NCBI RefSeq assembly: GCF_009914755.1
Contig: NC_060928.1
Source of the DNA: the human T2T-CHM13v2.0 reference genome, Homo sapiens
Length of the DNA stretch: 64,000 nucleotides
Strand: one strand, 5' to 3'
A program made the translations under genes and the position numbers. Shown here one piece after another: positions 15,127 through 31,311 of this stretch (position 1 is the stretch's first letter; each line of letters begins with the position of its first letter). The notes beneath the pieces are model-generated. The model searched no databases. It was given only the letters and a program-made list of their open reading frames with translations, and was not told the DNA's origin.

Positions 15127-15704
15127 TCACTGAATTACAATAACATCAAAACTTTTACATGGGGGTATAGGGTATAGAGAGATAATGAATCTACATGTTG
15201 AATGGAACATCACTGATTCAGAAAATCAGAATTAAAATTTGAAATTTTCAGACCACTGGTCCTCTAAGCTTTCATCCCTAAGTTCACTCTTTGGCTTTTC
15301 ATTTAATATAATAATGACAATTAATTAATCTCACCTAAATTTTTAGCAGTTCAGCATGAAGAAAACATAAGGAAACTTTCCAGTTGGTTATCAAATCATG
15401 GACACTACCTTAACTATCCACAAGAGAGTAACCACAATAATGCAACAAATAATAAGAACAAACTACAATGAGTAGTGAGACAAAGGTACTACCCAAGGAA
15501 CAAAAAATGGCAGAGACATTCAAGTTCATTATTTTAAAGTGCTGACTATTTAAACCCTTCATGCATCTACATATGTAAGGCAAAGGTGCCTTTTTCATTG
15601 CCAAACTACAAAAACAAAAAAAAAGAAGTCTAATACTGAAATAATCTATAATGATTTGTATAATAATAAGTTATAAATGAAAGTCATAAAAGCCAACCTC
15701 CAAG

Positions 15705-17112
15705 AAAAATCAACAAAACCAAGAGGTGGTTCTTTGAAAAGACTGACAAAATTGACATTCCTTTAGGTAGACTGACTAAGAAAAAGAAGACTAACTAAAA
15801 TCAGAAGTGAAAAAGGGGACATTACCACTGTTTCTACAGCAATCAAAAGGATTATAGGAGTATAATTACCAAAAAATTAGATAACCTATATGAAAAGAAC
15901 AAATTCCTAAACACAAAACTTACCAAAACTGAATCATGAAGAAATGAAAAACTTGAACACAGACCTATAACCAGCAGAGACATTGATTAGTAATCAAAAA
16001 CCTCCCAACAAAGAAAACCCAAAGAGTAGACAGCTTCACAGCCGAATTCTATCAAATGTTTAAAGAAGAATTAACATCAATCCTCAACTCCTCCAAAGAA
16101 ATGAAGAAGGAACACTTTTAAACTCCTATCAGACCAGCATTACCCTGATACCAAAGAAAAACAATTACGCTTTAAAAATAAGAAAACTACAAGCCATTAT
16201 TTCTTATGAAAATTGATGCAAAAATCATTAGCAGAAGACTACTAAACCAAATTCAACAGCTTATTGAAAGGATTATACACCATGATCAAGTGGGACTTAT
16301 CTCTGGAATGCAAGGATAGTTCAACATATGAAAATTGATCAATGAAATGCACCATGTTAACAGAACAAAGAGGAAAAAACACATCATCATCTCATTTGAT
16401 ACAAAAAGAGCATTTGACAAAATTCAGCAAACTTTCATGATAAAAAACATTCAACGAATTAGGAACAGAAGGAAACTATCTCAGCATAATAAAGGTCATA
16501 TATGAAAAGCCCACAGCTAATAGCATACTCAATGGTAAATGACTGAAAGCTTTTCCTGTAAGATCAAGAGGAAGAAAAGAATGTCCACTTTCACCACTTC
16601 TTATCAACATAGTAGTAGAAGTCCTAGCCAGAGCAACTTGGCTAAAAAAAAAATTCACCTAAATTGGAAAGGAAACAGTAAAATTATCTTTGTTTGCAGA
16701 TGACATAATCTCATGGGTAGAAAACCTTAAAAATTCCACACACACACACACACACAAAAAAAAAACCTGTCAGAATAAGATAAAAGTCAAATAAATGGAA
16801 AAGGCTGGGCATGGTGGCATGTATCTATAGTCTTAGCTACTCAGGACGCTGAGGCGGGAGGATCACTTGAGCCCAGGAGTTCAAAGCTATAGAGAATTGT
16901 GATCACACCACTGCACTCCAGTCTGGGAGACAGACTGAGGCCCTTTCTCTAAAAAATAAATAAATAAATATTGATTACATAAAAATGAATGGAAAGACAT
17001 CCTGTGTTCACAGATTAGAACACTTAGTATCATTAAGTCATCTATACTACTTAAAGCAATGCAATTCCTATTAAAACCCCAATGATGTTTTCTGTAGAAA
17101 CGGAAAAATCAG
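15705..17112 (+). mobile_element. Old L1M ORF2 fragment (decayed RT region)
   Basis: ggttctttgaaaagac..., catgatcaagtgggacttat, tttgcagatgacata (FADD motif); many stops; interrupted by (CA)n and an Alu monomer. Confidence 0.88.
16803..16968 (+). mobile_element. FRAM/AluJ monomer
   Basis: Single Alu arm with A tail; TSD-like aaat(a/g)aatggaaa. Confidence 0.85.
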
Positions 17113-17240
17113 CATTTATTCTCTTTTAAAATATACCTTAAAAGTTACCAACAATCACCTGTATTTAATCTATAAAGTATATTCAACATCACAAATCAGA
17201 AGCAATTAAATCTATTCAGATACAGAGGAACCAATACATA

Positions 17241-17538
17241 TTTTTTTCTTTTCTTTTGAGATGGAGTCTTGCTCTCTCACCCAGACTGGAGTACAGTGGC
17301 ACAATCTTAGCTCACTGCAACCTCCACCTCCCAGGTGAAGTGATCCTTCCAACTCAGCCTCCCACATTGCTGGGATTACAAGCATGCATCACCATGACTG
17401 GCTAATTTTTTTTTTTTTTAGTAGAGATGGGGTTTCACCATGACGGCCAGTTGGTCTTAAACTCCTGACTTCAAGTGATCTTCCCGCCTCAGCCTCCCAT
17501 AGTGCTGGGATTACAGGTGTGAGCCACTGTGGCCAGCC
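17241..17538 (-). mobile_element. AluS/J
   Basis: Reverse Alu dimer. Confidence 0.93.
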
Positions 17539-19023
17539 AGAATCCAGTATTTTAAACAAAGCGGTATCATCACTAATATTCAGGCCTACAGTGGGACATT
17601 TTACATAAGACAATCACAGGGGAGACTTGTTGAGCTTATCATAATCATCAGAAAACAATTCTGCCATTGTATTTCAAAAGCATACCAAGACAGCGGTATA
17701 ATACCAAATAATGGGGGGATAGCCTTTTCCAGCAATAGATGCGTGGGCCTCCACAAAACAGCCGCAGTCACAAACCAAGTCGGTGTTAAGAATGGTAACC
17801 GTCACCTTCAGATACAGACAAGCTGAATCTATTCAAAACTTGTATGAGGTACTTTTAGGAGTTATTATAGATATATAGAATTCGTGATTGACAAGGACCT
17901 TAAAAATCATGTTACATGTGAAACCATTTAATGGATAAGAAAATGAGAACTGCAGAAGAGGTACTTGATGTCTCCAAGGTCACATAAGGAGGTGGTACAA
18001 CCATGATTGTAAACTCAGGCTTCCTGTGTTCCTCTATCTTCTCTAATCGAACTCCTGAGCTAAAGGTCAGGAGTATTACCTTAGTCTGTTGGTGAAAAGG
18101 TCACCACAAAGTGGTTTCTCAAAGACTCTTGACCACATCAATATACACCCACTATGGTTTATCAACTCACCCCTGCCCTAGCAAAGGAACTTCCTAGGAT
18201 TATATGGGGAGCTTCTGTACTGATACTAGACTTTTTGACAGCTGTGGCTATTGCCATCGCAGCCCTGTGGAAAGGGGTTAGGATCTGCGCTGTGAGAGGT
18301 GGATTTCCCATTTTCAATTATCCTGGGAAGAAGCAGATCCTGAGATAAGAAATGGAAACTAGCAAGGAAAGACTTGGGAGAAGGAAGGAGGAAACCCTCC
18401 CTCTTCCAGGGCCTCATCCTCTTTGATGCTTAGATTCTATATCTAGCTGTGCTGACAGTCACTTCTGAAGTAGGGATTGGATGGTCTAAACCAGAGAGGC
18501 AGCCTGGTAGAGGGCCCAGTGAGGAATGGGTCTAGGCCTGCCATAACTAGCAGGTTTTGTTTTATTTTTAAGTCATAAACTCAACTTCTATCTTCTCTAG
18601 GGAATTAAGGACATGTTTCCAGATGAGGGATGGAAAGGAAAATGGGAAAGCAGAGTCCCCAAAGAGCTGGTCCCCACAGTGCTGGCAGCAATGCTTAGCA
18701 GGGTGTGCAATGAAAATGGGAATCTTTGAGACAGCTATCAAGGCATGATGTCCAGACTCACCTCACCATATGAAAATGGTTTCTCTTCCAGATCATCTCA
18801 GAGAAAGGGGCATTAATTTTTTTTTCTAGGTAACAAAGCTGAGAGAAGGGGCATTAATTTAACTAAGAGATCCAGTGGGTTTCCTTGCAAACCATCGCAG
18901 GTTAAACACAGATTTCTGGACATTGACAACCGAGGCTGATATCCAGTGGGTGGGTGTCAGGATGACCATCCAGAACATCTACAGTCAGCATCCTTCTGAT
19001 TGGCCAGAAACTGCTCACTAACT

Positions 19024-19262
19024 ATAGGCTAAATATTCCTTACCCAAAATGCTTGGGAAGAGAAGGGTTTTGAACTTCAGATTTTTGGGATTTTGGAATA
19101 TTTGCATTATATAATTACCAGTTAATCATCCCTAATCTGAAAATCTGAAATCCAAAATGCTCCAATGAACATTTCCTTTGAGCATCATGTTAGCACTCAA
19201 AAAGTGTCAGATATCTATTTTCGTATTTTGGACTTCGGTTTTTTTAGGGAAGCTCAACCTAT
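19024..19262. mobile_element. Tigger4a/MER46A-like MITE
   Basis: ccttacccaaaatgcttggga...atccctaatctgaaaatctgaaatccaaaatgctccaatga...gctcaacct; about 240 bp with TIRs. Confidence 0.8.
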
Positions 19263-20451
19263 GTTTTGAGTCTCACCCTTCAACAATCACACATTTTTTC
19301 CATCCTCAGTATCTGGTATTAACTCCTGAGCCTGGGAGAACACCAACCTTTGTGTTATACACTTCATGTTTATCCTAGATTCAGGAGTTAACAAAAATTC
19401 TATTAATAAGCTAAGCAGCAGATATTAGTATTCCCATTTTATAGGCTAGAAAGTTGTGGCTCAAAGAAAAAACTCATTCACAGATAGCCAGTGGAAGAGT
19501 CAAAATTTAATTCAAAGATAAACAGAATTTCCAGATTACATAATATCAGTCCCTCTACTCTGTAAATCTACCCTACTTTAAGAGATATTACTGCAGGGTA
19601 CAAGTCACTATGGGATCTGAAGGTAACTGCATCACTATTTCATAAAATATTGATATGGAAAAGAGTGGTCATAAGCATGTTTTGATCCTACGCCCATGTC
19701 TCCTACTGCAATTATTGTCAAGCATTACCTGAACACCGAAAGCTTTTATTTTACATATATTTATATAACGAAACACTAGCTTGTTTCTTCAAATCCATGT
19801 ATATGAACTATAATGGCAATTTAACCCTACTTATTAAGTAAAAAAACCCAAACATAAATTATATGGTGTCCCATTGAGTCCCTATATGAATATCTCCTTT
19901 GATTAAAACACCACCATTTTCATCAGAAGACATAATTTAAAAGAAGATTTAAGGGAAAAATTTGAATTTAACATTTCCCCTCCAGTCGTTTCTATAAACC
20001 TCTGACAGAATCTTTCTTCTAAGAAGTTATATTCTTTTACTTTCTACTTAAGAAATAAATGAAAATGCATCTGAATTAAATTACCACTGCAATGGAAACA
20101 CTGAAACTCTAAATCAAAACAAGCTATGGTAAGATTTTCTCGAAGGATGCTAGATTCCCTAAACACTACCCATCATCATGGCAACCTTTAAGTGCCCTCT
20201 CTCCTATGGGTATGCCAACAACTGGTTGTAATAAAAGTTCGTTTTGTTGAAATCAATTAATTTCTCTCTACAGTACATTTGAGCCTTTTCAGCTACTGCT
20301 CATTTTTTCCTTTTTCTACTTATAAGACATCAGACACTAGTCTGCTATGTAATATTACTGATACTACATCCACATTTAGTTCATCAAAGCAGTCTGAATG
20401 CTGTAAAGATTTTTTAAAAAGATATAGAATGCTACAACATTCCTTTATTAG

Positions 20452-20582
20452 TAGGGTGGTTATTTAATTTATGATCGAAACCAGGACATTTTTGATATTG
20501 AAAGGGGTCAGTATCAAAAATTTTGCCAGAACAGCAGGCATAGCTAGGATTGTCCCAGCAAGTTAGTATGTATGGTCACCTA
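20452..20582. mobile_element. MER94-like hAT-Blackjack MITE
   Basis: TIRs tagggtgg.. / ..tatggtcacct; internal aaaccaggacatttttga..gaaagggg. Confidence 0.7.
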
Positions 20583-22191
20583 ACTTATTAAAGAAACAAT
20601 TACTGCATATAACAGCTGAAAGTCTCAAAAAATGAAATAAAGACCACAGTGGGGAAGAAGGCATAGAGGGCTCATATGTGAGCAGAAAGTCAGAAGAGTC
20701 AGAAGTCAAAGGAAGACTGCAGTCTCTCTCAAGCACCAAAACCTAATGTCATTTCCAGACTACCTAGACACTGCTCTTCCTCTCCTGGTTACTGCAATAG
20801 TCTGTAAGTGTGAATTAAGTCCATGATATGCCATGTGATCTGATCCCCTGGTGTATTTGTCGGCTTATTTTATTGTCACCCTCACACTCTCCCTAGATAC
20901 CATCTGAACTCATCCCCCATCTATGAGGTTCCTCTCCCCTTGCTTTGGTATTTTATTTCCCATCACTGAGCCAACCAATCAGAGTTGTACTAGGCACTCT
21001 GCTATCTTCTCCGGAAAAAGGGGTACCCAAAGCTGAGTTAGATATAGTCCTTGCGAGGTAATTGTCCACAATTTTTGTTTGCAAGACTTTGTTTAAAATG
21101 CAATACAGTTTTTGCTCCAACCTCCACTTCTGCACGTCCAAAGCAGCCCAAACAAGGAGTGCAGCTACAAAGTATGCTAGCGAAGTCACCCCCCGTTTAT
21201 TTGCAGATACTTTTGTATACATAATGAAGCAAAAGAATAAAAAAGTAAGTAATTTTTGTGAAGATGTCAACATTTTTACATCTTGAAAAACTTCATAAAA
21301 GCTCTCCCAAACAAGACACTGTGGCCTTTTAGGGGAGCAACATATCATATACTCTTTCTTGCATCCCTACTTCCTTCTTGAAGTTGGTGAGGGATTGATT
21401 GTGTCTTTCCCATCTCTGAATCACCAACACCTTGCAGAGTTATCTAGCACAACACAGGCAGTCCATAAATATCTGCGGAGTAAATGAATGAATGAGGGGC
21501 TCATGATTATTTCTTTCTTCCACAACACTGTGATTATATATTAAGTACTTTTTTCTTAATCCCAGCTCCTCAAGATCTTTGCTCCATTGATTATGTCCTC
21601 TTAAAAGGCAGCCCCTATATAGTAACAGGTTTGAGGTCAGCAAAAAAATCCAACCAAATACCCAGGAACTTAACAGCAAGGTAAGTAACCTTGAGCAAGT
21701 TTTCTAACCACTCTCTATGCTCTATTTTTTCTTATCTATAAAATAGACATGTTTTGCAAGGTTTTCTGGTATTTGTGAGATCTGAACACAATTTATGTAA
21801 AGGGCCAGGCAGGAATCCAATAAATGTTGAATAAAAGAATAAATTGCCATTCTCTTCTATGGTCCAGATCAAAATGCAGCCATCAAAATCTAATTTGCCA
21901 AAGCTGATCTTCATTCAAACAACAGACATGCATCAAGGGCTGTAAGGCACAACTAGAGTCTGTCTGCTGTTGAACATCAAAGGAGGAGTTTAACATCTGC
22001 TTTTAAATGCAGGAAAACAATAATTAGTTCACAAGTAAAAGGAAAAGTTATATAATCTGATCTTATTTGCTTTACCAAAGTATCAAAGTATTAAGGGATT
22101 ACCAGCTTACAGCAGACTGAAGCTTTCTTGCAGGAATCACATAATGGGTGGAGGCAAACCTGGAAGTGGGTTTTTAAAGTCGGCATTCCTA

Positions 22192-22557
<366 letters not shown>

Positions 22558-23381
22558 TTACAGCAATCTAAGATGTAAAACTTCAAAAGAGAAAAATATC
22601 ACCGGCCTCTGTTCAACTTTAAATTCATGAAAGAAAATATGAAACTCTGCTGTGGGAATACATTTGTTTTTGCTGTACAACAATGTTTTAAGAGATCCAT
22701 TCTGCTGCTGTTTCACCCTCTCCTTCAGGCCAAGCAGAGGCCAATGGGGATAAAGAGCTCCCCTGTGTTCTATTTCCAGAACACCTGAACTTACTGTCGA
22801 CTGAGGCTACGAGAGCTATTTAGAGGCCCTTACCTTCCTCTTTTCCAGTAACATCAGCAGAAACGAGCTATAAAACTTTCCCTAGGGTTTGGTTTCCTTT
22901 CTCACAGCTCAGTTGTGCTGCTCTCCTGGAAGATGAAAGAAACCCCAGAGTTTTTCAAAGCCCAGATGAAATGTTGATCTCAAGTAATAATTTCCATTTT
23001 CTTAAAAGCCATCATTTCCTATTTTACTCAGGCACACAGAGCATGAAGCAAAGCCTAAACTACCTCCTTAGGGCTCATGAGAGTAGATGCAGTCAGTAGT
23101 TACAAGAGCACGTGAACTCTGCTTTAAAAACAGCAAAGGGTCATCCTGAGATAAACATAGGCTATAACGCTGAAGTGCTAAATTCTGTCCTACAAGTTCA
23201 CAATTTTGGCTTCCTTTTAAGGGTATCTGAGCAAAAAGTGGCTTCCAAGTGGATAAGGATTTTTTTTTTCCCTAAGTTCCTAATGAACCAGGTACATGAA
23301 CCTATGATCACAACCTGTTTTCTTACCCATCCTCATTTCCCAGATTTTTTTCTTGCCAAGGGTTAAAAAGTTCGTAAGAAG

Positions 23382-23680
<299 letters not shown>

Positions 23681-23814
23681 GTTCATAAGCAGAAGAGATG
23701 GAATCCAAACCTATACAGTCAGTCTGACTCCAGGGCATCTGACAGTCACTTGCCCTTAACTGTCACTTTGTTGTCTAAATCTGACTCCAGCAGGCACCAA
23801 ACAAGAGTGACTGT

Positions 23815-23945
23815 CAGCTATGTGAGGTAATCCATATGTTAATTCGCTTAATTTAGGATTGACACAATGTATACATATTTCAAAACATCATGTTGTATAC
23901 TATAAATGTATACAATTTTTATTTGTCAATAAAAATAAGAAGAAG
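23815..23945 (+). mobile_element. L1MA 3'-terminal fragment
   Basis: tatgtgaggtaat..tatgttaatt..acaatgtatacatatttcaaaacatcatgttgta..caatttttatttgtcaat. Confidence 0.8.
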
Positions 23946-24372
23946 AAAAAAACAAGTGACCATTGGCCCAAGGGGCTCCACATGAGTTTAGAGACTGAGG
24001 TCCTTACTAATATGAGTGACAATGTAATATTTTTTATGAACTCAAAAATATCATTTATGACATTGGAGTTTTATACCTGCTGCAGCAATGAAGCAGCAAG
24101 CATAGCTTTATAGCCTCCAAAAAGGGCTTGCAAGAAGTACACTTTACTCTTCGCTTCAGTCTTTGACAGCAAGTCACAAATTATTTTTCAGATAAAATGG
24201 CAATTAGGAATTTCTTGAAACTTTAACCATCAGTCCAAACACCAAACTAACATCCAAGAAGCCCTTTTTAAGTTCTACTGGACTTTAACTGTATAACTGC
24301 AACTGAAGCTTTACCTATAGAATGAAAAATTATTTAACTTTAGAAGACAGAAGGAATCTTAGAGATTATTAA

Positions 24373-24674
<302 letters not shown>

Positions 24675-24889
24675 TCTGTCAACCACATTTTATTGAGTGT
24701 TATCTGCCATATTTTATTAAGCAAGGTGCTACGAAAGACAAAAAAATTCATGAGACCTGACCCCAGCCCTCGGGATCTTATAGTATAGCAAATTAAATAA
24801 AATGTTACATAAATATGATCAATTCAAGTTAAAAACAACACAGGATGCAAGGAGGATATTAAAGGAGTGAAACAGAAAAGATCACTTAT

Positions 24890-25115
24890 AAATGTGGCAA
24901 AATGGTTAAGAGCATAAACATGACAGTTACAGTGGTGGGTTCAAGTAGTGACAATGCCACTCCTTGGCTGTGTGACATTGGACAAGTTATTTTACCTGCC
25001 AGGGGCTCAGTTTCAAAATCTTGAAAATGGGGTAATAACATCCACTGCTGAAAGCAGATATAAGATTAAATAAAATAAAACAGGCAAAGTTCTTAGTACA
25101 GTTCCCAGCACACTC
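24890..25115 (+). mobile_element. MIR
   Basis: gctgtgtgacattggacaagttattt..ctcagtttc..aaaatgggg core. Confidence 0.7.
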
Positions 25116-25589
25116 TCAGGGCTAAACAACAGCTAGCAGCAGCCTGCAGTCCCAGATCTATCATTTCTCCATCTCTCATATTTCACCCCTTCTCTTAACT
25201 GGTCTGTCCAGGGCCCTGTCAGAACCTATTATTAACTCTCCTTTAAAGATGAGGAAATAGGCTTTCAGAGGACAGGGAACGAGCCCATTGACATACAGCC
25301 AATAGCTTAGTATGCCCACCTCCAGACTCTTAGGCCCTAGGGGACACTGTTTCATCTTATCTAATCATACCTATTACTTTTAAAACAATTAAAAGCAAGT
25401 AGATCATCCCATTGTGTAAATTATAAAAGGTGCTCTCTCTAGGCAGGCCAAGCCCCATGAGTGCACAGCTTGATGACAAGTGTGCTGGGTGGTTCTAAGT
25501 CCTCCCATCTGCTGCTCACACGTACACTTCTGCAGTGAACAATCTACACAACCTCACATGGTGGCCCTGGGTCTCCAGCCTCCAGTTTT

Positions 25590-26000
25590 CTCTTTTCCAG
25601 ATGATATTCCACACTACTGCCCAAGTGATCTTTATAAAACTCCCATCTAGTTATTTCTCCTTTTAAAACTCTGGATGGCTATTTATTGTTTAGAAACTCC
25701 AAGTCTCTAGCATGGCACATGTGTGACCTTTCTCACTCTGGCACCTTTTCGATCTCAGGGTCCACTCTGTTCTCCACGCTCCATACCCCAGCCACGGTGG
25801 AGTTCTTGCCACTCTCTGGATATGCCATGAGTTCCCATTCCTCCATGCCTTGGCATATGCTTTTTCTACAGCCTCAATTATCTCCCTACTTTCTGTCTTC
25901 TCACTCAGCCCTCAAGTCATACTTCAGTTCCAGCTCTTCAATGCAGTGAACATACTTCCTGATTTCTCAGCTGAAATGACTGCTCGTCCTTTGCATACCT
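25590..26000. mobile_element. L2 fragment
   Basis: ttccacactactgccc..gtgatcttt..aaa..; pyrimidine-rich L2-like text. Confidence 0.5.
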
Positions 26001-27091
26001 ACAGCATTCTTGAATCAGCTTTCACCACCAGCTCATGGGAGTCAGGAAGATACTGCAGGGCTTTGTAGTGAGATGCATCATAATTGGAAGGCTGACTCAA
26101 ACATGTTCTAACTGTATCAAGGTAGCAAGTTACTTTTCCCCCGAGTTTCAATAACGCCCACCCCTAGAATTCCTGTGGACATCAAGTGCTTAACGGTATG
26201 GCTTCCAAACTTACTTGGGCGACAGAGTCACTCTAAGGGCAAAATACCAAGAAATCTTGATAAATATATTTAATTGTATCATGTGAACTAAGAAATATTC
26301 TACTAGAAAAAAAATGATGACACTATATGCATATAGGCTTCCAAATATAAAACGTGTGTACACACACACATCCATGTTTTCAAAACCACTCTCTACATTT
26401 ACCAATTAAACATTTGTAATTTGTTTAACTTTCCTTTTTCCATTTCCTAATTTAACTTAAAAAGTAGCAGCAGGTACCAAAATCATAATGGGAGAAAAAA
26501 ACCTTTAAAAATTAGAAAACTATATTCCTAACTTATTTTGAAAGGTATAGGTCAATAAATATCATTATCGAATTGTAGTCATTGAACATCTTGTCTAAGA
26601 ATATAACGTCCATTCCACTGCTTTTCACATGGTACATGCTACATAAAGGTTATTTAAATCTAATTTTGAAACTCAAATTAAGTTCCCTAAAAGGAAGGAC
26701 ATATCTCATTCATCTTTGAATAATGAGCTCCTGGCACACAATAGTTGCTCAACAAATGTTCGCTCAATAAATGAACTAAAAATTAAGAATGCACACAAAG
26801 GTTTATAAAACATTCTGGATCTCCAATTAACCTGGACTGTAGTTTGCTCCATAAATAAATTATATTCCAAAATCTATCAGTGTTCCTTCTGTAACCATCA
26901 TTTCATCTGAGCTATTTGGAGTTTCTTTGGAGAAAGAAATGCGTAGGTAAAATCCTCCCTTAGGCACAGAAATATTGATTAAGACAGCTCGGCAGGAGGA
27001 ATATGTCACCTGCGCTCTTGTATAATATAACAAAGGGACCAAAGAAGACACAAAGCTTTATATACAGCACCTGTCAGCCAGTGACACTTAC

Positions 27092-27117
27092 CATTTTGAG
27101 CACATATTCAGACCCAT
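27092..27117 (-). CDS. Candidate short coding (alternative first) exon, MGLNMCSK + 2 nt
   Basis: Minus strand ggctcATGGGTCTGAATATGTGCTCAAAATG|GTAAGT: consensus donor in non-repetitive sequence; no transcript evidence available. Confidence 0.3.
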
Positions 27118-28001
27118 GAGCCTCCTATTCAGAATATGTCTGGCTACAGTAAACACCATAAAGATTCTAAATGGGGAATCCTTTTCTGTTCTGTTCTCAC
27201 ATGAAAAACCTATGCCATATATTCCACATATTTACACTCCTTTCTAACTGAAAGCCAGGATAGCCCAAAATTAAACAAAAGGCTAAGATCCAGTTGTTTC
27301 CCTTTCACTAAAAGTGATGCTGTAGGTAAATACTTATTAGCATGGATATGCATTATTTATTATTAAGTGGAAAAAGTTACCAAAAAACTTGCTGCATACT
27401 CATTTAGGGTTGACATAAAACCAAACATGGACATGCATTAAGTAGGATAATAAAATACAAATTTTACTTCCTTTAAAACAATCCATGGCTAATTTTTTTG
27501 AAGGTACGGTTATATTTTATCACCATTATAGACTCAAGTTTCCAAAAATCTACCTCAAACAATCAATTTTCTGAATTGCTTGAAATGCTTGAAACAAGGA
27601 AGACTTTGAAGACACATGCAATTAAGAAAAAAGTGAAAGTAAAGGACAGAGGTTAAAAAGAAGTGTGGAGGTTGTCTAGGGTTCTGAATTTTCTCTAAAA
27701 TTGTGTGTTTGCTTTTCCAAAAAGAAACCACCAAGACATTTAAGTATCCCTTACAGTTTTCAAAGAGCAGTCAGAAACATTTTCTTATGACTTTAATAAA
27801 TATCAGAAAAGACACCTCCCCCCTCCCCTCCCGTCCCCTCCCATTAACTTCCATGTAACTTAACTAGTTCTTCAAAATCAGATTTATGTGCAGTACACTT
27901 CTGCATTATAACCTTCTCTTTTTTTAACCTTAAGGGTACATTGTAAACATCCTTCTGCGTATATAAATATTCACATGTAACATCAACTTTATTTTTACTA
28001 A

Positions 28002-28293
28002 TTTTTTTTTTTAGAGTCAGGATCTCACTCAAGTGTCAGGCTGTAGGGCTATGGTGTGATCATAGCTCACTGCAACCTCAAACTCCTGGGCTCACGTGAC
28101 CCTCCCATCTCAGCCTCTGGATTAGCTGGGACTACAGGCACTTACCACTAAGCCCAGCAACTTTTTTATTTTTTGTAGAGACAGGGTCTCTTTCGTTGTC
28201 CAGGCTAGTCTTGAGCTCTTGGGCTCAAGCAATCATCCCACCTCTGCCCCCCAAAAGTGTTGGGATTACAGGAGTGAGCCACGGCGTCTGGCC
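28002..28293 (-). mobile_element. AluJ
   Basis: Reverse diverged Alu; TSD-like taacatcaa. Confidence 0.92.
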
Positions 28294-28889
28294 TTAACAT
28301 CAAGTTTAGTACACAGAGATCTTTTTGTCACAGTCCCTGTAGTAACACAGGGCTGTCTTTAGCTTACTGTAAACACACAAGTCCCACAGATGCCTTCCCT
28401 CTATAAAATCAAAACACAACTTTTACAACAATGCTACAATGTATCCCAAAAGGGAATATTTTGGTATAATGTAAAGAAAATACTGCACTAGAGACTATGT
28501 GAAATTTTAAAGAAATGCTTATTTCTTTGAAATAAGGATTTGAAAAGGCAGCTTATTTGAAAGGCAGCTTAAGTAGCTTACTTTCTGAAGCTAAGTTACA
28601 TTTGCAATCTAAACACCACTGCAAATATCTAGACCCTGAAGTCCAGAGAATCAATCATTTGACCTTTTTGTTCTATTTCTGTAGACAGATTGGGTGGCCT
28701 CCAACATAATCCTTTTTCAAATATCCTTCCAAAATGGAATAACAACTACAACACACAATTACAACATAAAATATTTCTTTTAAGATTAACATGTGATTAC
28801 AAGACAATAAAATTCAACCTACAAATTTCTATTTTTTTTTTAAATTCCACTGACAATAATATTTCACTATTACAAATATTTCACTGTAA

Positions 28890-29329
<440 letters not shown>

Positions 29330-30992
29330 TAACTTCAAATAAGCTTCAAAACTCAAGACCCTTACCTTATTATAATTATTACAAAATAAAACCCAATTTA
29401 ATAATAATTAAATTTATAGTAAATACAATAACAACAGAGCTATAAAATCCGATCTTACTATTTAATGCTTTCATAGAACTAAAGCAAAGTTCTGTTCTGT
29501 CTTGTTTTATTTTAAACATGCTTCAACTAACTCATTTATACTGCCAGAAATAGAGTGGAGCTATAAGACACAAAGCATAGGAAGTTTAGAAAGCTATCTA
29601 GTAATTTAATGGAAGAACAATTCCTATTGTCGATAATGTTTCTGGAACATGCTAGAGAGGATATTTGTGTATGTTTCTGTGCGTGCACGTGCATATTTTA
29701 TTTTGCATATATTGTTACGGGCATTTGGTCACTCATAATTCCAAGCAGTATCCATTAAAAAAACAGATCGACTTTATAGATCTGTAAGGTCCATTTTTCA
29801 AAAAGATAAGAGAATAAAACTGAATTTTCTGGTTCCAAGCAATTTTTTCTAAAAGACAGCAAAAACATTCAACAAGTGTCTCAATTAGAATGTCTTATAG
29901 TGCCCTCAAAAAAATTCTAAAATAAAACTGGGAGGTGCATCAATTCTTCCAAGACAAAGCTACATGAAGAATTTATTGGACAAGCAATTCCACATTTTGC
30001 TTTCCTTTCCAGACAAGAAAAGAACCAAGTCGATTTCATACTTATTCTAAAAATTCAGAACCAAAAAGCCTATCCAAAATATCTAAAAGTCTAAAACACC
30101 TGAAAGCTCAGACAACTGGACTCACTTTTCTGTCACATCATATTACATTGCCTTGTATTTGATGTTTAATCACTTGCAAATCTGATAAAAGTTTTGTCAC
30201 AACCTTGAGGACTCAGTTTATGAAACCCAAAAGAAATGGCACAATGTAGAACATCATCTTAATCTCTTGCAAGTTTTTTTTTTTTACACAAAGAGGTTTC
30301 CTGAGTCTCCTTCCATGTTACAAATCCATGAAAACATATAAAATTTATTAAGCCAGGAATGAAAGAAAGTAAAAAGCCATGGATCTATTGTTAACTTTCT
30401 GAGAGAGGTATAACAGAATTTTTTAAAAGCAAGTTTAAAATTACTTACTTTTCCCAGGTCTTTGGTACAAAGCTCAGAAGGCAAGCTCCTTTTTTTCCCC
30501 ACAAAGTCTGTTAATTAATAGCAAGCACCCAAGGAGGTCAGGCAGCCCAAAGAGATCGATCTAGAAAGTGTGTAGAGACAAAAATTTTAAATTCAAAATC
30601 ATATCAGAAATGAAAAATCAAAATACCCGACTGTCATTCAGAGTATCTCTGCATCAACAAAATAACGATGTCATTGGGATCCTTAAATGATGAGAAATGT
30701 AAACTATTTTTCTTTCATAATATACTAACAAGGCTTTCTAAATCTAGATGGCAGTTCGATCTGTCGCCTTATTAAAGTTTCAAAAGCAGGAACTAGTGAG
30801 GCTTCTTGGCAACCACTCCTGTTAAAGATGTCTTTCTCAGGGAGTCACAAAAAGGAACCGAGGGAGAATCTGGACTTCTAATTATATTGTGACTTGGGAA
30901 GGAAGGTCTTCCGAAATCACACTTGCCAGTTCCCACTTCCAAACATGAGCTCATCTTATCAACACAGAAGTAGTTGTAAATAGAAGTGAATC

Positions 30993-31311
<319 letters not shown>

